From Promethearchaeum syntrophicum (GTDB lineage: Archaea > Asgardarchaeota > Lokiarchaeia > Sigyniarchaeales > Promethearchaeaceae), in NCBI RefSeq assembly GCF_008000775.2, contig NZ_CP042905.2, positions 360,001 to 392,000 of the forward strand: 32,000 bases of DNA, read 5' to 3'. The notes below the pieces were generated by a model. It was not told where the DNA came from. It ran no database searches and saw only the letters and a program-made list of their open reading frames with translations. Below, piece after piece: positions 1 through 8,262 of the stretch. Both the position numbers and the translations under genes were made by a program. How positions within the stretch are numbered: position 1 is the stretch's first letter; every line of letters begins with the position of its first letter.

Positions 1-791
1 AATATGGTACCAATTATAGTTTAGGCATAGTTGCTTTTAGCGTAGCTCAACAGGAAACGATTAGGTCAGCATTAGAGAAGTTGATAAAAAAGGATCCTTC
101 AGTAGAATCCATCATGAATAAAGATGAAGAAGAAGGATTATTTATTAAAAATTTGGAGAGTGTGCAAGGAGATGAACGAGATTTCATATTTTTTAGTGTT
201 GGTTATGCCAAGGATCCAAAAGGTAAGTTATCTCTAAATTTCGGTCCTTTAAACAGAAGTGGTGGATATAGAAGATTGAATGTTGCAATCACTCGTGCGC
301 GTTTTCATATAAAACTATTTGCTTCATTTTTACCTAGCGATATTAATATAGAGAAAGTTAAAGCGCGGGGTTTAAGTGATCTAATTGGCTACATGAGATA
401 TGCAAGAACCAATATATTGACCAAGGTTAAATCTGTTTCAAAGAAAAAAATCTTTGAATCAGATTCTTTTGAATCATGTGTTAAATTATCATTAGAAAAA
501 GCAGGTTTTACTGTTAAAACTTTGATAGGGCATTCAAATTTTCGTATAGATCTTGCTATTATAGATCCAAAAAATCCTTCTAGGTTTATTCTTGGATTGG
601 AATGTGATGGTGGGTCCTATAAAGCAGCAAAAAATACTCGCGATAGAGACCGAATTAGAAATGAAGTTTTAGATGGTTTGGGGTGGGAAATATTACATAT
701 ATGGGGTCCAGATTGGTATATCAATAGAGAAAAAGTAATAAGAAAAATTAAGAGAAAAGTTAACCAAAGAATGAAAAAAATCGAAGTTTAA
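1..791 (+). CDS. SF1 (Upf1/DNA2-like, AAA_12-type) helicase, C-terminal part, fused to a DUF559/Vsr-like endonuclease-fold tail; 5' end outside window
   Basis: The frame of ORF 81..791 stays open back to nt 3 (YGTNYSLGIVAFSVAQQETIRSALEKL...), so the gene is cut by the window edge. It has helicase C-terminal motifs VQGDERDFIFFS and GYRRLNVAITRAR. The tail FRIDLAI...LGLECDGGSYK...RDRDRIRNEVLDGLGWEILHIW resembles the DUF559/REase-like domains found at the end of large SF1 helicases. Confidence 0.85.
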   Translation, partial: YGTNYSLGIVAFSVAQQETIRSALEKLIKKDPSVESIMNKDEEEGLFIKNLESVQGDERDFIFFSVGYAKDPKGKLSLNFGPLNRSGGYRRLNVAITRARFHIKLFASFLPSDINIEKVKARGLSDLIGYMRYARTNILTKVKSVSKKKIFESDSFESCVKLSLEKAGFTVKTLIGHSNFRIDLAIIDPKNPSRFILGLECDGGSYKAAKNTRDRDRIRNEVLDGLGWEILHIWGPDWYINREKVIRKIKRKVNQRMKKIEV

Positions 792-1168
792 GGAGTTTCT
801 TTGAATATTTTTCTTCCTTTTTCTTTTATCGTTTCAATAACTCTCTTTTTAGCAACAATTCCAACAAATCGAGAAAAACGAGCGTTTCTTAGCTCACTCT
901 GAATATGTTGTTCTAATATTACCCAAGTTTTCGCTGTAAATTCTGTTTCATATGGAATAAATCTTTCATCAAGTTTTCTGAAAAAAGCCATATATTGCTT
1001 ATCTTTGAATGAATATACAATATATACCTCAACACCATTAATTTTGTCTCGGTATCGCAAAAAATTTGCTTCATCATCAAGACATCCGATTTTAACATCA
1101 ATTTCTTCAGTGTATGAGTCATCGCATACATTTTCTTCATTAAACTCTTCTACTAATTGTGGTCCCAA
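788..1168 (-). CDS. hypothetical protein (126 aa as drawn; TTG start, first ATG only at codon 59)
   Basis: ORF with balanced, non-shadow-like composition. It runs in the same direction as the upstream minus-strand genes. Its stop overlaps the helicase stop within TTAA at 788-791. I recognise no motif and the start is uncertain. Confidence 0.4.
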   Translation of the reverse strand: MGPQLVEEFNEENVCDDSYTEEIDVKIGCLDDEANFLRYRDKINGVEVYIVYSFKDKQYMAFFRKLDERFIPYETEFTAKTWVILEQHIQSELRNARFSRFVGIVAKKRVIETIKEKGRKIFKETP

Positions 1169-1246
1169 TTTAATTCAATTAATAGAGTATTAGAAGAACA
1201 AAAAACCTTGCTCTAATAAAAAATAATGAAAAAAAACTCTTGTCTT

Positions 1247-1888
1247 CTACCAAGAAAAATTTTTAATGTTAGACTTTAACTTCTGCCAGGCTTGATTCAA
1301 TTGCAATACAGCAGTAACGACGAAAGAATTACTGTGACTTTTGTTGTGATATTGTTTTTGGACTTGACTTTTTTCTTTTCTAAGTTGATTCTCAATTTTT
1401 TCTAGTTTCGATCCCGTAACCATCTGATCAGAACGTGCTTTATTCATTTCTGAAGCCGTATTTTTCCAATTTGCCTCGTATTTATTTAATTTTGATAATT
1501 TTCTTCCATAATCTTTCAAAGTTTTTGAATATTCTTTATAACCCTGTGAAACATCCTTAATGTCATTAACCATTTCTATTTGAACTTCAATAGCTCTTTC
1601 AACATGAGTTACGTGATCTTTTAAAGTTGCTATATCCTTTGAATTTATCAAATTTGACTTTTGGTTTTGAAATTGAACATAGCTTCTGAGTGTTTCTCTT
1701 TGAAGGATTAGATATTTTTTAAGCTCGTTATTTGCTTTTTCCATATCGTGTGCAACGGATTTAAAACTTTTTTCGATGTTCTCTTCCAATCCCGCTAATT
1801 TATGAACTGATTGTTCCAGCTTTTTATCATATGAAATTTGTTCTAGTTCAACATCTAAGGGAAGAAATTCTTTAATTAATTGAGACAT
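1247..1888 (-). CDS. hypothetical all-helical / coiled-coil protein (213 aa)
   Basis: ATG-initiated ORF, K/E/Q/L-rich with heptad-like stretches (LEQSVHKLAGLEENIEKSFKSV..., LEKIENQLRKEKSQVQKQ). It lies 42 nt downstream of the Nudix-like gene on the same strand. No family recognised. Confidence 0.55.
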   Translation of the reverse strand: MSQLIKEFLPLDVELEQISYDKKLEQSVHKLAGLEENIEKSFKSVAHDMEKANNELKKYLILQRETLRSYVQFQNQKSNLINSKDIATLKDHVTHVERAIEVQIEMVNDIKDVSQGYKEYSKTLKDYGRKLSKLNKYEANWKNTASEMNKARSDQMVTGSKLEKIENQLRKEKSQVQKQYHNKSHSNSFVVTAVLQLNQAWQKLKSNIKNFSW

Positions 1889-1930
1889 ACATTGAAATTT
1901 ACTATTTAAATTAAAAAAATTTGGGATTTT

Positions 1931-2872
1931 CTATTTGAGTTTATATTTTTTTTTCAGTAAGGCAACCATTTTTTTAAATAACCCTAAATGGTGCTTTAAT
2001 CCAAAATTCGGATGATTATCCTTATTTTTCCCTCTGAAAAAATCAGTAACGTTAAGATAATACATTTTGGCTGCATCATCTCCAGCTTCAAAAACCTGTC
2101 GAAGTTGTTTTTTAGCAAGTTTTGTTCCATTTATATCAATTAATACTGCAAATGCAGTTGCGGTGTAAACTCGTTTTGTTCCATCTTTAAGTTTTTCTTG
2201 CTTTGTTGTAGGAACTGTTGTAACATAGTGCATATAAGTTCTAATATCTCCTAATTTGGGATCTAAAACTTCAAAACCTTTTATTTTAACTGAAACCCTT
2301 GAAATTGTATAATTTTCACGAAGTTTCTTTAGATTCCCTAGATATCTCATTGTGAAATTTGCTTCCTCTTTAGTTTCTTTAAGCATAGTATATGCTGCGG
2401 AGTCTAAAACAGAACCTGTATTCATAATTCCTCCAATTAAAGCAGGTTTTCCTTTACCGGGCTTATTTTTCCGAACAATACCAATAAAAAATATTTTTTC
2501 ATCATTTTTCACAAAAAGTCCTAAATCTGAAGCCATTGTCGCTTTTAACCACGATGATTGGCCAATTATATCAAGATTAAGGTATTTTTCATTTTTAATT
2601 TCGAATTCAGAACATTTTATCCAATCTCCGTATTGACCAGGAAAATATTCTTTTTCAAGTATTAAATTATTATAATATTCCATTACAGATTCTTGAACTT
2701 CATCTTTAGTTTTATTTGATATATTCCATGTTTTAGTTGAATAAGTTGTGAATTTAGATTCAAGAATTGGAGATAATATATCATTATAATTACTAATAGA
2801 ATTTAGTCCCAGAGAATGAGGTTCACCATTACTAATAAATAACCAGAGAACTTTTGATTTAATTTCACTCAT
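1931..2872 (-). CDS. Nudix-fold hydrolase-like protein with ~120-aa N-terminal extension
   Basis: FFIGIVRKNKPGKGKPALIGG...D-x7-KETKEEANF approximates the Nudix box Gx5Ex7REUxEExGU, with a 3-residue insertion and the substitutions E>D, R>K and G>N. Its ATG lies 2 nt after the stop of the upstream tRNA-binding gene. Confidence 0.55.
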   Translation of the reverse strand: MSEIKSKVLWLFISNGEPHSLGLNSISNYNDILSPILESKFTTYSTKTWNISNKTKDEVQESVMEYYNNLILEKEYFPGQYGDWIKCSEFEIKNEKYLNLDIIGQSSWLKATMASDLGLFVKNDEKIFFIGIVRKNKPGKGKPALIGGIMNTGSVLDSAAYTMLKETKEEANFTMRYLGNLKKLRENYTISRVSVKIKGFEVLDPKLGDIRTYMHYVTTVPTTKQEKLKDGTKRVYTATAFAVLIDINGTKLAKKQLRQVFEAGDDAAKMYYLNVTDFFRGKNKDNHPNFGLKHHLGLFKKMVALLKKKYKLK

Positions 2873-2874
2873 AT

Positions 2875-3216
2875 TTAACCAACTTTTGAACCTGGGTTTA
2901 CTTTTTCTACATAATTTTCATCGATTTTAAGGAGAACTGCTGTATTATCAACATCAGCTGCAAGAAGCATCCCTTTACTCTCGATCCCCATTATTTTTCT
3001 AGGTTTTAAGTTAGCTAAAACAATAATTTTCGAACCTTTAAGGTCTTCGATACTATACCAATTTTTTATTCCCGAAACTATTTGACGCGGATTTTCTTCA
3101 CCAATATCGACTTGCATTTTTAACAAATTACGTGATTTAGGGACCTCTTCAACCTTTAATATTGTTCCGACTCTTATATCTAAAGTGTTAAAATCCTCAT
3201 ATGATATCGTAGTCAT
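2875..3216 (-). CDS. Trbp111/CsaA-type tRNA-binding (OB-fold) domain protein
   Basis: FNTLDIRVGTILKVEEVPKSRNLLKMQVDIGEE..QIVSGIKNWYSIEDLKGSKIIVLANLKPRKIMGIESKGMLLAA is the classical Trbp111/CsaA/MetRS-C domain. Homology starts at the internal ATG 3216 (MTTISYEDF). The upstream 15 codons (to 3261) are hydrophobic junk overlying a TATA-like tattatataat. Confidence 0.85.
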   Translation of the reverse strand: MTTISYEDFNTLDIRVGTILKVEEVPKSRNLLKMQVDIGEENPRQIVSGIKNWYSIEDLKGSKIIVLANLKPRKIMGIESKGMLLAADVDNTAVLLKIDENYVEKVNPGSKVG

Positions 3217-3273
3217 TTTATAATTATATAATAGGAAAAAAGAACAAAAAATGTTTTTCATTTTATCTGAATT

Positions 3274-5565
3274 TTAATCTTTTTTAATTAGTTTCTTCTC
3301 AGGAATTATTTGACAGCTATCACCATCACAATAAACAGTCCCCGCACTTTTTTCAGTAGTTTTCCACATCTTAATTGGTTTTAATTGAGAAATTCTTTTT
3401 TCATAATCATCTTGTGAAATTGTCTCATACGGCATTTGCTTGTAACCAGATTCTGTTAAGGGTAACATACTTAATCCTTTTATTTTATCTTCAACGAAAC
3501 TTAAAGCATATGGAATACTGGATATTTCGTGTTCTTGGAAGGTTACTGTTATTGATACTTGATTATCACTCCAATAGTGTTGATAATCTATAGCATTTGC
3601 TAACTGCTCCCACATAGTAGTATCTTTTTTTGCTCGCAGAAAATTTTTTTCATGAATAGGGAATTCTACAACCATCGAATTATCAGAATAAGCATCCTTT
3701 TCAACTGGATAATTAGCTTCTCTAAGTAAATCAACTAAACTAGATTTATTCGAGATTCTAATACGTCTAATATAATATTCTGCATGAGGATAGTGAATTC
3801 CTGGAGAGACACCTGCTAAAAGACTAACAGTTCCACTGGGTTTCACAGTTGTTATCTTAATAGATTGAGGAACACAGAAAAAATCCGAATAATTCTCATC
3901 TATTTGTCGTAAATAATCATAGCCCTTATCACTCCATTCTAAAACAGTTCTTCTTCCATGTTTGGCAAACGCATCAATAATCCCAGTTTGAGATGTTCCA
4001 ATGCGGCGATTTTTACCCATGACTGCATTTGTTTCGTTCCAATGAGTGTTCACCAATGTAACACTTTTTGCATATAGATAGGCGTATTTTAGCGTTTCTT
4101 CAAATTCTTCATAAGAATCGTGTCTGGAAGGGAAAGTTTCTACAAGACAGCATAATTCAAAGCTTTCAAGAGTTTGTTCTCCGCATGGATTTACTCCAAC
4201 AGCTTTTTTATCTTTAAAATCTGCTTCATATCCCATTCTGCTAAAATTTTTTGCATTTTCTAGGAAAATAATCCCTGGTTCTCCATTTTTTGCAATACTC
4301 TCAACTATTTTAAAATAGTCCATCCCTTTTTTTCCAATAATACTATTATTACTTGCCCATCTGTGATGATATAAAGCTTCTTTATCTTGTTTACAATTAA
4401 TATATTCCTCATCATCGGAAGAGCCAAGCGCAATTTGTGCTGACCTGCGGACATTACCCGCAACAACACATTTTCCTATCAAGTTCATCATATCAACAAT
4501 ATCTACTGAAGTTAATGTTGAACCAATTCTTTTATCTAGTAATTCTTTTTGGCTATTCAACATTTCCTGTAAAGGCTCTGGACCGGATGCAACACCACCA
4601 AATCCACGAATTAATGCTCCTGCAGGTCGAATTTTTGAAAAATCATAAACTGGTATTGGATCTCCATCAAAATATGCCAATAATAGGTATCGAAGTGCAT
4701 GAACCCACCCTTCTCTTGAATCAGGAATTTCAAAAACAAAAGTTTCATCTTTTGGTTCTTTAATTATTTGTTTTCCTGCACCTTTAGTATCAAATCCGAC
4801 TCCCACACCCAACATAAGTGCATCCATCAACCATTCAAAGGGTTTAGCCTTTTTGATAAGTATATCCTCAGTAGAACAGAATCCACAATTATTTAGGGCC
4901 ATACTACCATGTTTGTCAATAAATTCCGTTCCCATCATCCAAAGTCCCCGACCAGGAGGTATGAATTTGAAATTCCAAATCTTTTCAAACATAGTTTGAG
5001 CTGATTTCTGGGCTTTTTCTGGGATCCAAGGTAAACTTAATTTGAAGCAATGCTCCTTTTGAATAGAATACGCACCTTCAACAACTCTACGAATTGTTTC
5101 ATAAAATTCTTCTGTGCGATTCTCATTTTCAATTAATCGTGCATAGGTTCGTTTATAAGTAATATATCCAAGAGGACCCCAATCTGGTTGAATTTTTTTA
5201 AATTTTTCGATAAATGCTTCTTCTAATTTAAATTTGAGAACGCTTGATAGTATTAATTTTGCATAGATATTTCTTTCTTTAATATAACCTCTTGCCATTA
5301 ATTCTAAACACATGATCTCTCGGATCATCGATGTTTGAATCGTTTTTAATGCTAAAATAGTAATTTTTTTTAACGATTCTTTTACGATTATAATACATTC
5401 ATTCCAATCTAAACCTGTTTCCTTATTCAAACTTTTTACTAATTTGTCTGGATCAAAAGGTTTGAGATCTCCCCGAGAGTTTTTAATAAATCGGGGAAAA
5501 ATATCTAAAACTGTAAGTTTGTTATTATCATTATTAGGTATGATTGATTGAACCATTTCTTTCAT
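3274..5565 (-). CDS. nrdJ: class II (adenosylcobalamin-dependent) ribonucleotide reductase with N-terminal ATP-cone
   Basis: Active-site signature VNPCGEQTLESFELCCL. N-terminal ATP-cone-like RGDLKPFDPDKLVKSLNKETGL. C-terminal Cys pair CDGDSC. The 763-aa length is typical of archaeal NrdJ. Confidence 0.9.
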   Translation of the reverse strand: MKEMVQSIIPNNDNNKLTVLDIFPRFIKNSRGDLKPFDPDKLVKSLNKETGLDWNECIIIVKESLKKITILALKTIQTSMIREIMCLELMARGYIKERNIYAKLILSSVLKFKLEEAFIEKFKKIQPDWGPLGYITYKRTYARLIENENRTEEFYETIRRVVEGAYSIQKEHCFKLSLPWIPEKAQKSAQTMFEKIWNFKFIPPGRGLWMMGTEFIDKHGSMALNNCGFCSTEDILIKKAKPFEWLMDALMLGVGVGFDTKGAGKQIIKEPKDETFVFEIPDSREGWVHALRYLLLAYFDGDPIPVYDFSKIRPAGALIRGFGGVASGPEPLQEMLNSQKELLDKRIGSTLTSVDIVDMMNLIGKCVVAGNVRRSAQIALGSSDDEEYINCKQDKEALYHHRWASNNSIIGKKGMDYFKIVESIAKNGEPGIIFLENAKNFSRMGYEADFKDKKAVGVNPCGEQTLESFELCCLVETFPSRHDSYEEFEETLKYAYLYAKSVTLVNTHWNETNAVMGKNRRIGTSQTGIIDAFAKHGRRTVLEWSDKGYDYLRQIDENYSDFFCVPQSIKITTVKPSGTVSLLAGVSPGIHYPHAEYYIRRIRISNKSSLVDLLREANYPVEKDAYSDNSMVVEFPIHEKNFLRAKKDTTMWEQLANAIDYQHYWSDNQVSITVTFQEHEISSIPYALSFVEDKIKGLSMLPLTESGYKQMPYETISQDDYEKRISQLKPIKMWKTTEKSAGTVYCDGDSCQIIPEKKLIKKD

Positions 5566-5800
5566 CTTTGTTTTGTTTTGTTTTTATCCGAATTTTGTCT
5601 TAAAATAGAACACGTTCGGAATGATCTTTTAACGTATTTAACTTAATCGCATTGTATATTTTAATTTTTTTACGAGAAATAACTAATGTAAAAACATAAA
5701 ATCTGTTTATTAGAATTAACACCGACAAAAATTTTTTAATTAATTGTTTAAATAGCAATTCAATAACTTATTTTTGATATATGATTTTTATAATTCAATA

Positions 5801-5808
5801 TTTATAAA
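5801..5808 (+). promoter_or_regulatory. TATA-box-like element upstream of sufC
   Basis: tttataaa lies ~32 nt upstream of ATG 5840, a spacing compatible with a leaderless or short-leader archaeal transcript. AT-rich background makes this weak evidence. Confidence 0.3.
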
Positions 5809-5839
5809 TTCGAAAATTATGATTTTTATGATCGATAAT

Positions 5840-6667
5840 ATGTTACGTATTGAAAATTTAACCGTTCGAGTGGAAGACCGCCAAATTCTTAAAGATTTTA
5901 ACCTGAATATTAATAAAGGAGAGGTTCATGTCCTTTTAGGGCCAAATGGGGCAGGAAAAACAACTTTAATTAAAGCAATTCTCGGTTATAAAAACTATAT
6001 TATTGAAAGCGGAAAAATATATTTTAAAGGCAAGGATATTACTAATTTATCAATTTCTGAACGAGTTTCACAAGGTATTGGTGTTTTATTTCAACGTCCA
6101 CCAGAAATAAATGGAGTTAAATTATCCAAACTTCTATCAGTCTGTGATCAAAAACGTAATTCATTTATCCACAAAACATCTGAAAATGCTTGTGATTCAG
6201 ATTTGGATGATTATATGAACAATTTAACTAAAAGAGTAAAATTTTCAGACCATTTTTTAGAACGTGATGTAAATACTGGGTTTAGTGGTGGTGAGGTCAA
6301 ACGCTCAGAAATATTACAAATGATGGTAATGCAACCTGATCTACTCCTTTTCGACGAACCAGATAGTGGTGTTGATGTTGAAAATGTAGAGTTAATTGCC
6401 AGCGTTATGCGTGAATTATTAGATAGAGATAAAGTTCCATCAAAACAGGAGAAATCTGGATTAATAATTACTCATTTAGGTTATATTTTAAAGTTCCTAG
6501 GTCATATTACTCGAGCTCACATTTTAATGCATGGAAAAATTCTATGTTCAGGTAATCCAAAACAGATCATTAATGCGGTAATGAAAAATGGCTTTGAAAA
6601 ATGTAAAGAGTGCATATCTTGTATCGATCCAATTGAAAGCTTTAAAGAGGTCGATTTAACATTATGA
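5840..6667 (+). CDS. sufC: Fe-S cluster assembly ATPase SufC (ABC ATPase) with internal insertion and C-terminal CxxCxxC tail
   Basis: Walker A GPNGAGKTT, signature FSGGEVKR, Walker B LLLFDEPDSGVD, H-loop ITH. Homology to SufC begins at MLRIENLTV (ATG 5840). The ORF is open from TTG 5774, with other ATGs at 5819 and 5828. It overlaps sufB by ATGA. Confidence 0.9.
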   Translation: MLRIENLTVRVEDRQILKDFNLNINKGEVHVLLGPNGAGKTTLIKAILGYKNYIIESGKIYFKGKDITNLSISERVSQGIGVLFQRPPEINGVKLSKLLSVCDQKRNSFIHKTSENACDSDLDDYMNNLTKRVKFSDHFLERDVNTGFSGGEVKRSEILQMMVMQPDLLLFDEPDSGVDVENVELIASVMRELLDRDKVPSKQEKSGLIITHLGYILKFLGHITRAHILMHGKILCSGNPKQIINAVMKNGFEKCKECISCIDPIESFKEVDLTL

Positions 6668-7875
6668 TAAAAAAAAAAAAGGATAACAAAGACATAGATC
6701 TTAATGAATATAAAATCGAGAACTTAGAAACCAATCAGACATACGATTCAGAACAGGAAATTCCCGTTGAATTAAAAGAATCTATGAAGAAAGTTGGAAT
6801 TGAAGTCGATTCAGATAAAAGTGGTATTTTTCTTCAATCCGGAAATAAACCTGATTTATGTGTTAGTAAAGTTCAAGGTATAGAGTTAATGCCTCTTAAA
6901 GAAGCGTTAAAAAAATTTGATGGCTCAAATGGAAAACTCAATCTACAAAATTATTTCTGGAAAGCGGTGGCATCTGATAAGGATAAATTTACAGCTGAAG
7001 CAGCTATTAATGAAATTACTGATGGATATTTTATTCACGCTCTTGCTGGTAAAAAAACAGTTTTTCCATTACAATCATGTCTTTTTATTCCCCCACTCCC
7101 TGGATTAAAACAAGTAGTTCACAATATAATAATTGCAGAACCGGGCTCCCAATTAGATATAATAACGGGATGTACTGCTCATACAGGTGCAAAAAGTGCA
7201 ATTCATTTAGGAGTCTCTGAATTTTATGTTAAAAAAGATGCGAAAGTATCCTTTACAATGGTTCACAATTGGACCGAATCAACAAAAGTCCGACCCCGAA
7301 CGGGAATTGTTCTTGAAGAGAATGCAAAATTTTCCAATTTTTATGTAGTAATGTCCGAAGTTAAAAACCTCCAGACAAATCCAGTCATTAAACTTATTGG
7401 AAAAAATGCATCATATTTTGGACAGACCTTAATTTATGCAAAAGGAGAGAGTTATTATGATACAGGGGCAACTGCACATTTAATTGGTGAAGGTAGCAAA
7501 GCAGAAATTATTTCGAGGGTACTTGCTGTTGATAATTCTCATGTTATTGCACGAGGAAAAATAATAGGGGATGGAAAGAATGTCACTGGACATATTGATT
7601 GTTCAGCATTACTTCTTTCTCCAAATGCTAGAGTTGATTCTATTCCAGAGATAAATGCTCAGAACCCAGAAGTTAGTTTAACCCATGAAGCCTCAGTAGG
7701 TAAAATTAGTGATGATCACATTGAGTATTTAATGAGTCGTGGATTAACTGAAGACGAAGCAATAAATCTAATAGTGAGTGGGTTCTTAGATGTTGATACA
7801 AGCCCTCTACCTCCTAGTTTAGCAGAAGAGACAAAAAAAATAATTGATATCGTATCGCGCTCTGAAATGGGTTGA
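6664..7875 (+). CDS. sufB: SufB/SufD-family Fe-S cluster scaffold protein
   Basis: The beta-helix region HNIIIAEPGSQLDIITGCTAH... and the C-terminal HEASVGKISDDHIEYLMSRGLTEDEAINLIVSGF are typical of SufB/D. There is a 4-nt overlap with sufC. Confidence 0.9.
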   Translation: MIKKKKDNKDIDLNEYKIENLETNQTYDSEQEIPVELKESMKKVGIEVDSDKSGIFLQSGNKPDLCVSKVQGIELMPLKEALKKFDGSNGKLNLQNYFWKAVASDKDKFTAEAAINEITDGYFIHALAGKKTVFPLQSCLFIPPLPGLKQVVHNIIIAEPGSQLDIITGCTAHTGAKSAIHLGVSEFYVKKDAKVSFTMVHNWTESTKVRPRTGIVLEENAKFSNFYVVMSEVKNLQTNPVIKLIGKNASYFGQTLIYAKGESYYDTGATAHLIGEGSKAEIISRVLAVDNSHVIARGKIIGDGKNVTGHIDCSALLLSPNARVDSIPEINAQNPEVSLTHEASVGKISDDHIEYLMSRGLTEDEAINLIVSGFLDVDTSPLPPSLAEETKKIIDIVSRSEMG

Positions 7876-7878
7876 CCA

Positions 7879-8220
7879 TTATTCATCTTCGATGAATTTT
7901 TTAACTTCTTCCCCAAATTTTTTAACTTCTTTTCCTACTTTCTTTGCAGTCTTAATGCTTTTGCGGACAACTTCTTTGGTGACTTTTTCTATATTTCTTC
8001 CGAGCTTTTCCATATTTTGCTGTAAATCGACACCAGTTTTTTCCCAATCAATTAATGGCTTTCTTTTAGCTTCAGATTCGACACTCGTAATTTTGAGTTG
8101 AAATTTTTGACCACAACCTTCACAGTACGCAATTTCCCCCAAAACTAATGAATTTATTAAATCTTTTGGAAGCGCCGTACCACAATTTGAACAAAATAGT
8201 TGCTTAGGTAATTTTACCAT
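7879..8220 (-). CDS. zinc-ribbon protein with K/E-rich helical C-terminus
   Basis: CSNCGTALP...(x19)...CEGCGQKF gives two CxxC pairs. The C-terminal KKVGKEVKKFGEEVKKFIEDE is encoded by an exact 16-nt direct repeat. Convergent with sufB with a 3-nt gap. Confidence 0.6.
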   Translation of the reverse strand: MVKLPKQLFCSNCGTALPKDLINSLVLGEIAYCEGCGQKFQLKITSVESEAKRKPLIDWEKTGVDLQQNMEKLGRNIEKVTKEVVRKSIKTAKKVGKEVKKFGEEVKKFIEDE

Positions 8221-8262
8221 ACATTTTCACATTTTATTCTTAATCTCAAAAAATAAAAACAT

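Noticed and set aside
919-1193. ORFs 919..1140 (-) and 1005..1193 (+) overlapping the 126-aa ORF
   Set aside because: These are alternative-frame or antisense shadows of 788..1168. Their composition is skewed (M/K/L-rich or S-rich), and neither has a motif or an independent start context.
2352-4763. Plus-strand ORFs 2352..2636, 3375..3593 and 4437..4763
   Set aside because: They are antisense to well-supported genes (Nudix-like, nrdJ). They are typical shadow ORFs of AT-rich coding DNA.
5566-5773. Possible cobalamin riboswitch or NrdR-type operator upstream of nrdJ, including the inverted repeat TCCGAA-n22-TTCGGA at ~5587-5620
   Set aside because: I see no B12-box or NrdR-box consensus, and both elements are bacterial features. 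A single 6-bp inverted repeat is insufficient. The region is left as a plain divergent promoter region.
6917-8101. ORFs 6917..7108 (+), 7716..7916 (-) and 7844..8101 (+)
   Set aside because: They lie inside or antisense to sufB and the zinc-ribbon gene. Their translations are low-complexity S/F/L-rich and have no support.
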